Of a stretch of DNA of 64,000 nt, positions 58,089-64,000 are shown in pieces. Position numbers and translations under genes: made by a program. The notes below the pieces were generated by a model, which was not told the origin of the DNA, searched no databases, and saw only the letters and a program-made list of their open reading frames with translations. Position 1 is the stretch's first letter. Every line of letters begins with the position of its first letter. Source of the DNA: Planctomycetota bacterium (lineage in GTDB: Bacteria; Planctomycetota; B15-G4); assembly GCA_965248575.1 (NCBI GenBank), contig CBDFJQ010000002.1, positions 2,624,001 to 2,688,000 of the forward strand, given 5' to 3'.

Positions 58089-59391
58089 CCAGGGGCGGCT
58101 GCTGCAAGGACCAGCGGCCTCCCGGCCGAGCTGCGTGAGCCGAGAGCAACAGGAACAGCAAGACACCGAGCCAGATCAACGTCTGCAGGATGACGCTCAC
58201 GTTGTTCCAGGGAAAGGGAAGTGAGTACACCCCCCCAGGCGCCAGCAGGGAGGCGGACATCGTGGTGAGGAGGATTCCCGCGGCCAGACGGAATCGCGGC
58301 CCGGGGGAGCCCTCCCCCTTGAAGATCCGGTACAGCGCGATGAGCGGCAGCAGCAGGATGACATCGTCGTACCAGCCGTGATACATGCCGAAGCGGGCGA
58401 CGAGCGCGCTCACGCCGATCAGGATCCAGATCGGCCCCTTCCGGTAGAGCCAGACCCAGAGGCCGAGCGCGCCGAGCACCAACAGGGTGGCCGGAAAAAT
58501 CAGGTCCACGTGGCGGAAGTACGAGAGGACGCTGTGCAGATTGATGCTGGTGATCTGCAGTGACTCATGTTCGGAGTACTGCGCAGGCTTGATGGAGCCT
58601 TCTCCGAATCGGGACCCGTAGATCGCACCGATGCGACCACGCCCCAGCCAGAGTCGCATCAACTCGATCGGCCCCCGACTCTGGAAGAGGGAAGCGCCAA
58701 AGGTCATGAGGGCGTAGCCAACGCAGATCATCAACGACGGGCGGAGGCTTCCCGCGGCGAACGCCACGATCCAGAAGAAGTACGCGGTGATCGACGGTTT
58801 GACCAGCGCGATCAGGAACAGGGCGCTGATCCAGGCGGTCCGGCCGAGGGAGCGGTGCCGCTCGGCGACGAGTGGCAGTGCCGCCAGGAGGCAGAGCACG
58901 ACCACCAATCCCGTCTGGCCGTTGCCGACGGTGGCCCCGACCGGATAGGCCGCGAGCATGACGAGGGCCAGAAGCAGTTTTTCCTTTCGCGATGTGGCTC
59001 CACTGCTGCGGACGAAGAGAACAACCAGCGCGCAGAGAGTCAGCAGCGTGAAGAACCCCCAGGACCAGCGGACTGCCGACAGGCTGAGCGCTCCGAGCAA
59101 CGGCGAGAGCATCAGATAGCTGGCCGGGGGATAGACGGCGTCCGACGCCGCCTCGCCATAGATGTCGAAGCCCGCAAACCACCACGAGACTTCGCTCCAG
59201 CGAAGCCTGAGGTCGACCGCCCCGTTGCCGAGGCGGGAACTCAGCACAAGCCGCCAGAATTGGTAGGACAGCCAGATCGCAGCAACCGTGCCGAGCACCA
59301 CGATGATCCCGCCAAGGATGCGTCGCCGGTGTTGCTCCCAGAACGCACGTGTACGTTCCGCGAAAGTCGAGGATCCGTCGAAGAGAGTCAT
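58057..59391 (-). CDS. GT-C membrane glycosyltransferase (GT87/DUF2029-like)
   Basis: AVDL..R, VYPP, NGQ, LVKP and YH.WYD. Multiple TM helices. Confidence 0.78.
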   Translation of the reverse strand: MTLFDGSSTFAERTRAFWEQHRRRILGGIIVVLGTVAAIWLSYQFWRLVLSSRLGNGAVDLRLRWSEVSWWFAGFDIYGEAASDAVYPPASYLMLSPLLGALSLSAVRWSWGFFTLLTLCALVVLFVRSSGATSRKEKLLLALVMLAAYPVGATVGNGQTGLVVVLCLLAALPLVAERHRSLGRTAWISALFLIALVKPSITAYFFWIVAFAAGSLRPSLMICVGYALMTFGASLFQSRGPIELMRLWLGRGRIGAIYGSRFGEGSIKPAQYSEHESLQITSINLHSVLSYFRHVDLIFPATLLVLGALGLWVWLYRKGPIWILIGVSALVARFGMYHGWYDDVILLLPLIALYRIFKGEGSPGPRFRLAAGILLTTMSASLLAPGGVYSLPFPWNNVSVILQTLIWLGVLLFLLLSAHAARPGGRWSLQQPPLATGSRGSRAS

Positions 59392-59837
59392 CGTGACGAA
59401 GTGGTGGATCTTGGTGTTGTCGTGAGTGCCGGTAGGGAGGAACCGGTTCTAGTCGGGGGGCGAGTCGTGGGCCCGCAGCTGCGCGCAGAGAGCGAACGAC
59501 ACTGGTGCGCACCGCGAACTGACGTGCGGAAGAGCGTAGCACTCGGAAGACAGCTTGATGGCGACGAGACACCGATCGGAGGAGTGTCGGGGGCCCCCTT
59601 CGTGCTGGCGGAAGAGATCGCCAAGGAGCGCAAGGGCAAGGCCAGCCCCGAGGACTGGAGGCACCCCGGCACCCCTCATGCACGCATCACGCAGATGAGA
59701 CGTGGGCCGGGAAGACGGAACCAGGAGGCTGGCAAGAGCTCCGCGCCAGAGGTCCAGGCCGGAGAGTACGATGAACAGGAGCCGCAGGACGATCAGCCCC
59801 GAGCATGACGGAAGACGCCGGCTGAGGATCGGCGGCC

Positions 59838-60542
59838 GTGATGAATGCGAGGAGTGAAAGAAGACGGATGTTGAGGAAGCTCAAGAAGGTCATTCGGTCG
59901 GTCATCGACCAGAACAGGGCATGGAAGCCAGAGGGAGACGAGGGGATCAAGGAGCTAGGTCATCGCGCATACGTTGGCGGGAAGTGGGAAGAACTCGGCA
60001 AGCTGCAGTTCGACTTCATCGTAAGCCGGGGCCTGGAACCCTCTCACTGCCTCCTTGATATCGCTTGCGGTTCATTGCGTGGAGGAAATCACTTCGTCCA
60101 TTACCTGGATGCGGGCAACTACCTGGGGATCGACAAGGAAAGCATGTTGATAGACGCGGGAGTGAAGAATGAGCTCGGAGAAGAGACGCTTGAAGAGAAG
60201 CGCCCGGAGTTTGTCGTGTCCGACGACTTCGGCTTCGCCGCCTTCAGCAAGAAGCCTCACTTCTCGTTGGCTCAGTCCCTGTTTACTCACCTGAATCCGA
60301 CGGACATCTGTTTGTGCTTGAAGAATCTCAAGGAGTTCGTGGAAACGGGCCATGTCTTCTTCGCGACCTACTCCGAGGGTCGCTCGTCGGCCAACACAAG
60401 AGACTCCCACAGCCATGCGAGCTTCAGCTACACACGCGGTGAGATGGAGGTGTTCGGCGCAGACAACGGTTGGTCGGCCACCCATATCGGTGATTGGGGG
60501 CACCCCAGGCAGCAGTTCATGATGAAGTATGAAGTCGTCTAG
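59838..60542 (+). CDS. Class I SAM-dependent methyltransferase (start may be ATG 59868)
   Basis: HRAYVGG, LLDIACGSLRGG, YLGID and AQSLFTHL. Confidence 0.85.
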   Translation: MMNARSERRRMLRKLKKVIRSVIDQNRAWKPEGDEGIKELGHRAYVGGKWEELGKLQFDFIVSRGLEPSHCLLDIACGSLRGGNHFVHYLDAGNYLGIDKESMLIDAGVKNELGEETLEEKRPEFVVSDDFGFAAFSKKPHFSLAQSLFTHLNPTDICLCLKNLKEFVETGHVFFATYSEGRSSANTRDSHSHASFSYTRGEMEVFGADNGWSATHIGDWGHPRQQFMMKYEVV

Positions 60543-60604
60543 AATGAGAATCTCTCGACCAGGCACCTGGTCGAGGCTTGCCCCCAACCGCAAGACCACG
60601 CGCA

Positions 60605-61465
60605 ATGCCCAAGGCCGACATCCATCCCAGACCCTGGTCGGTCCGCCTGTGCCAGCCCTATAGGAGGCTCACTGCCGGGTCGCGTGCGCTGCCCGACTAC
60701 ATCGTGTTGGGCGCGCAGAAGGCAGGGACGACGTCGCTGCACCGCTACCTCGAGGCGCACCCCAGCGTGCTGCCGTCCCTGGTCAAGGAGGTGCAGTACT
60801 TCTCGATGCAACACGACCGCGGAGAGGCCTGGTACCGGAGTCACTTCCCGACGAAGCGCGCCCTCGCCCGTGCCGCGGCCCGTCACGGTGGCACCGCCCT
60901 GACGGGTGAATCGAGCCCCTACTACCTCTTCCATCCGCTCGCGCCCGCCCGCGCGAGAGCGTGCGTCCCCGACGCCAGGTTGATCGTGCTCTTGCGCGAC
61001 CCTGCCGAGCGCGCCCACTCGCACTTCCACCACGCCATGAAGCACGGCCTCGAGGATGCGCCGAGCTTCTCAGAGGCACTCGACCGCGAGGGGGCGCGGC
61101 TCGCCGGCGAGAGCGACGAGTCGATCGCTGAGGGGACGGCCTTTCACCATCGCAACCACTCGTACGTGGCCCGCGGCGCCTATGCGACGCAGCTTCGCGC
61201 CTGGCTGAAGCACTATCCTCGCGATCAGGTCCTCGTTCTGAGCGCCGCGGAGCTCACCGAGAGGCCGGGGGTCGTCCTGCAGGAAGCGCTCCGATTTCTC
61301 GGGCTGCCTCCCTACGAGCTGCCCGAGTACGCCCGCCACAACCCGAGCGGGAAGTCACCGCTCGAGCCCAACCTGCGCGAGCGTCTCGCGCACACCTTTG
61401 CGACGAGCAACCAGGAGCTGTATCAGCTCGTCGGGCGCGACTTCGGCTGGGAGCGGGAGTCATGA
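60605..61465 (+). CDS. PAPS-dependent sulfotransferase (heparan-sulfate O-sulfotransferase-like fold)
   Basis: 5'-PSB loop GAQKAGTTSL, KEVQYF, GESSPYY, 3'-PB motif RDPAERAHS and FLGL. Confidence 0.88.
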   Translation: MPKADIHPRPWSVRLCQPYRRLTAGSRALPDYIVLGAQKAGTTSLHRYLEAHPSVLPSLVKEVQYFSMQHDRGEAWYRSHFPTKRALARAAARHGGTALTGESSPYYLFHPLAPARARACVPDARLIVLLRDPAERAHSHFHHAMKHGLEDAPSFSEALDREGARLAGESDESIAEGTAFHHRNHSYVARGAYATQLRAWLKHYPRDQVLVLSAAELTERPGVVLQEALRFLGLPPYELPEYARHNPSGKSPLEPNLRERLAHTFATSNQELYQLVGRDFGWERES

Positions 61466-61625
61466 GCGCAAACTCCCCCGGTCAACCACGCCGATCGGCC
61501 GCGATCAGACCGCCGGGGCCTTGGCGGATAGGAAGTCCAAAGCCCCCGGGTGCGGGGCGTTCCCAGGGTGCAGAGGCCCATCGTATCCCTTGCAAGTTGG
61601 AGGGCCTGTCCGGGTTCCGGGGCGG

Positions 61626-63386
61626 TCAGGATGGCCTCAACGATGCCGGCCTGGGTGATCTGGGCGGCTTGCCCCGGCGCTCGCGCTCAGACTCTTCAAG
61701 CCGGCCGAGCAATGCCTTGCTCATCGCGACGTCCCGCGGCTGAATCCTCTCGCCTCGCTCCCAGGCCGCGAGGCCTTTCATGATCGGGGCCAGGGAGGCC
61801 ATGTCCTCTCGCGTGTAGCCGTTGTTCATGAGCATCTGCATGTCCTCCAAACCTCCCACGCGGAGCACATCGTCAGAGACCTGCGCGATGAACCCCTCGA
61901 TCTTCTGGGCCATCTCTCTGGACGAGCCGGTCATGTGCCTCCAATTCACGTACTCGCCCTCCAGTTTGTGCTGCTCGCGGAACTTCGGCGTGTCGGCAAC
62001 GGTGCCACGACCAACCTGAAACAGATTGAGGAAGTACGCATCGACGGCCGACGTGTTGAGGAACTCGATTGTCCTGCCAATGGACTCGTCCGTCTCCCCC
62101 GGGAATCCCAGAATGAGATTGGTCATGACTGCCACACCATGGCGGCTGAACGCATCCACGACCTTGTAGGCCTCCGGAACAGTCGTCTGCTTGTTCATGA
62201 TCTTCAGCACTGTCGGGTCGGCCGATTCCATCCCGATGTTGACCATTTCGCATCCCGCCTCGGCCATCAATCGAATGGAGTCTTCGCTTAAACCCGAGGA
62301 TCGCGAGAGACAGAACCAGGAGAAGTCAAATCTCTCCTCCAGCATCATTCGGCAGGTCGCCCGCAGCTTCTCCTCCGGAAACGTGAACAGGTCGTCAACG
62401 AAGTCGATCCGGGTGACCCCGATCGCTTTCAGGGTGCGCAGCTCCTCACGCAGGAGCTCGATTGACTTGTAGTCGGTCCGGTTCATGAGCCGAAAGTCGC
62501 AGAAGCGGCAGCCAAACGGACAGCCTTGACTCGTCTGAACAGTCACGCGGCCCGCGTAATTCCTGGGGAGACACCGCCGCCAATCCGGGGTGATCTCGTC
62601 GAGCGGTATCTGCTCTGGCTCACGCTGTGTCCGGCGCACTCTCGCGAGCCGCCGGTAGATGATGTTCGGAATGGAGTCTATCGCTTCGCCACGCTTCAGC
62701 GCCTTCACAACCCGACACAAGGTGCCGAAGCCCTGCGCGTCATTGATGATGATGTCGCAGTGGTCCAGGACCGTGGGGACGAGCTCGGGATAGTTGTCCG
62801 TGTACCAGTGGAGAGTGCTGCTGCCCACAACGACCTTCGAACGCGGGGAGCGACTGGCCACCCGGTCGTAGATCTCCTTCAGGGCGAGGATCACGTCCAT
62901 GGTGATGAACGTGGTCGAGACGACCACGCAGACCGGTTCCTCGGAAAGCAGTTGATCGATCCGCTCATCCGACTCGAATCCGAATGTCTGGATGACTTCT
63001 CCCGCAAGGTCGTTCCTTGACAGGTAGTCGAGCAGGATGACTCCGTTGAGCGTTACGTCGCCGAGCCATGTGATGTACTGGTCCGCGTTTTCTCTTGTCA
63101 GGACCGGCACCTGCTGGCCCGCACGCGCATAGTTGATCACGTCTGTGGGGCACCAGCCGCGCGGCTGATCCCCTATCAACAAGCCGCATTGCTGATCCAA
63201 TACCTGTTGCATGTCCCGGCGCTGACGTGCGTACTCGAGGACGCCCAGGGGATTATAGTTTCTCTTCCTCAAGACATCGAAACCGTGCCGCAGGCGAGCC
63301 CTGAGGCTGTTCGCCGTGAGCGACTGTTTCCGGCGATCATCGGTGCTCGTGTTCGTGTTTGCGACGATCAGGCAATCGAGGTTCAT
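61626..63386 (-). CDS. Cobalamin-dependent-type radical SAM enzyme (PhpK-like methyltransferase family)
   Basis: TSQGCPFGCRFC, FVDDLF, GMES, MNK and LGFPGET. N-terminal B12-binding-like Rossmann region (VVVSTTF, KVVVG). LDCLI start and EG..WRH.T tail resemble PhpK-type proteins. Confidence 0.8.
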   Translation of the reverse strand: MNLDCLIVANTNTSTDDRRKQSLTANSLRARLRHGFDVLRKRNYNPLGVLEYARQRRDMQQVLDQQCGLLIGDQPRGWCPTDVINYARAGQQVPVLTRENADQYITWLGDVTLNGVILLDYLSRNDLAGEVIQTFGFESDERIDQLLSEEPVCVVVSTTFITMDVILALKEIYDRVASRSPRSKVVVGSSTLHWYTDNYPELVPTVLDHCDIIINDAQGFGTLCRVVKALKRGEAIDSIPNIIYRRLARVRRTQREPEQIPLDEITPDWRRCLPRNYAGRVTVQTSQGCPFGCRFCDFRLMNRTDYKSIELLREELRTLKAIGVTRIDFVDDLFTFPEEKLRATCRMMLEERFDFSWFCLSRSSGLSEDSIRLMAEAGCEMVNIGMESADPTVLKIMNKQTTVPEAYKVVDAFSRHGVAVMTNLILGFPGETDESIGRTIEFLNTSAVDAYFLNLFQVGRGTVADTPKFREQHKLEGEYVNWRHMTGSSREMAQKIEGFIAQVSDDVLRVGGLEDMQMLMNNGYTREDMASLAPIMKGLAAWERGERIQPRDVAMSKALLGRLEESERERRGKPPRSPRPASLRPS

Positions 63387-63752
63387 GGCGCGGCTCTTCG
63401 CAGGTGTGGCGGGTCGGCAGGTGGAGACGAGAAATGCCAAGCAGGGGTCTGATTACCCGTGCCTGGCAGGGATCCGGCACGCGATTGCTGTCCGCGAGTA
63501 GAGAAGTGTACCGCACCCGGGTCCGTGGACAGTGATTCGAGCGTATTCACGCGGACGCCTCGAGCGCGAGCTGGTCTGGTGCGCGACATGCGCACACCGT
63601 CACAGTCCTTCCCGCTGACCGGCGAGTGACCGACGTGTTGGCCGAAGTGAACTCTGTCACCAGGAAGACAGGCGCTTCGTTCTACCTGGTCGCCAGGCGA
63701 GGCAGGAAGCGCGGATCGTTGCACCTCCCTTCACCTCGTTCGGTGTCAGCGA

Positions 63753-63998
63753 TCAACGACGCCGATCGGATGCGATGAAACCGCCGGGACCGATCAGTGA
63801 CCAGAGCGTCCTCCAGAACAGGCGCCTCTCGAAGCTCGCGAGGGCGTCGGCGCTCCGTTCGGAGAGGAATGGAGTCGCAATCCTGGAGACGATTCGGAGC
63901 GGCCACGGAACGTGCTCGTGGAGCAGCGGCCCGTGCCTCTCGAGCAGCCGGGCGAAGACGTGACGGCGTACCGCTGGATCGTGGATCGTGGAGAACAG
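63753..63998 (-). CDS. C-terminal end of a CDS that starts beyond the window (unknown function)
   Basis: Open minus-strand frame from the window edge (LFSTIHDPAVRRHVFARLLERHG...DRRR) to TGA at 63753-63755, with GC-rich third positions. Absent from the supplied ORF track. Confidence 0.5.
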   Translation of the reverse strand: MFSTIHDPAVRRHVFARLLERHGPLLHEHVPWPLRIVSRIATPFLSERSADALASFERRLFWRTLWSLIGPGGFIASDRRR

Positions 63999-64000
63999 GG

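Larger units (their letters stand above)
54612..64000. mobile_element. Possible genomic island or accessory region starting at the 3' end of tRNA-Gly
   Basis: Gene content switches to glycan-modification genes with alternating orientations and locally lower GC. A TGGAACG direct repeat lies next to the tRNA. No integrase or att duplication is seen in the window. Confidence 0.35.

Noticed and set aside
63476..63491. Sigma54 promoter-like GGCACG..TTGC
   Set aside because: GG-to-GC spacing is one base short of the strict -24/-12 requirement, and no plus-strand gene follows.

Overview
This is GC-rich bacterial chromosome. A PVC-type heme-binding protein, a CRTAC1/ASPIC-UnbV protein, FG-GAP proteins and sulfatase-like lipoproteins point to Planctomycetota (inference, no search run). 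I can support about 47 CDS and two tRNAs: Met-CAT on the minus strand and Gly-CCC on the plus strand. Housekeeping genes include thyA-folA, mdh plus an AceE-like E1, ruvC and ispD-ispF. Three regions stand out. (1) A nine-gene heme-copper oxidase operon (12249-20053). Subunit I keeps the A1-type active site and D-channel but has lost the conserved K-channel residues. The operon also encodes a diheme cytochrome c, two subunit III paralogues, a small CPYC membrane protein, a SCO-like protein without CxxxC and a YceI lipoprotein. (2) A compact organoarsenic (arsenosugar-type) operon (31542-35157): arsM, arsS and a fused DUF2064/TIGR04282 plus TIGR04283-like glycosyltransferase. (3) A probable accessory region downstream of tRNA-Gly. 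It encodes two GT-C membrane transferases, two methyltransferases, a sulfotransferase and a PhpK-like B12 radical SAM enzyme. All calls come from reading motifs by eye. Start codons marked uncertain were chosen from signal peptides or overlaps.
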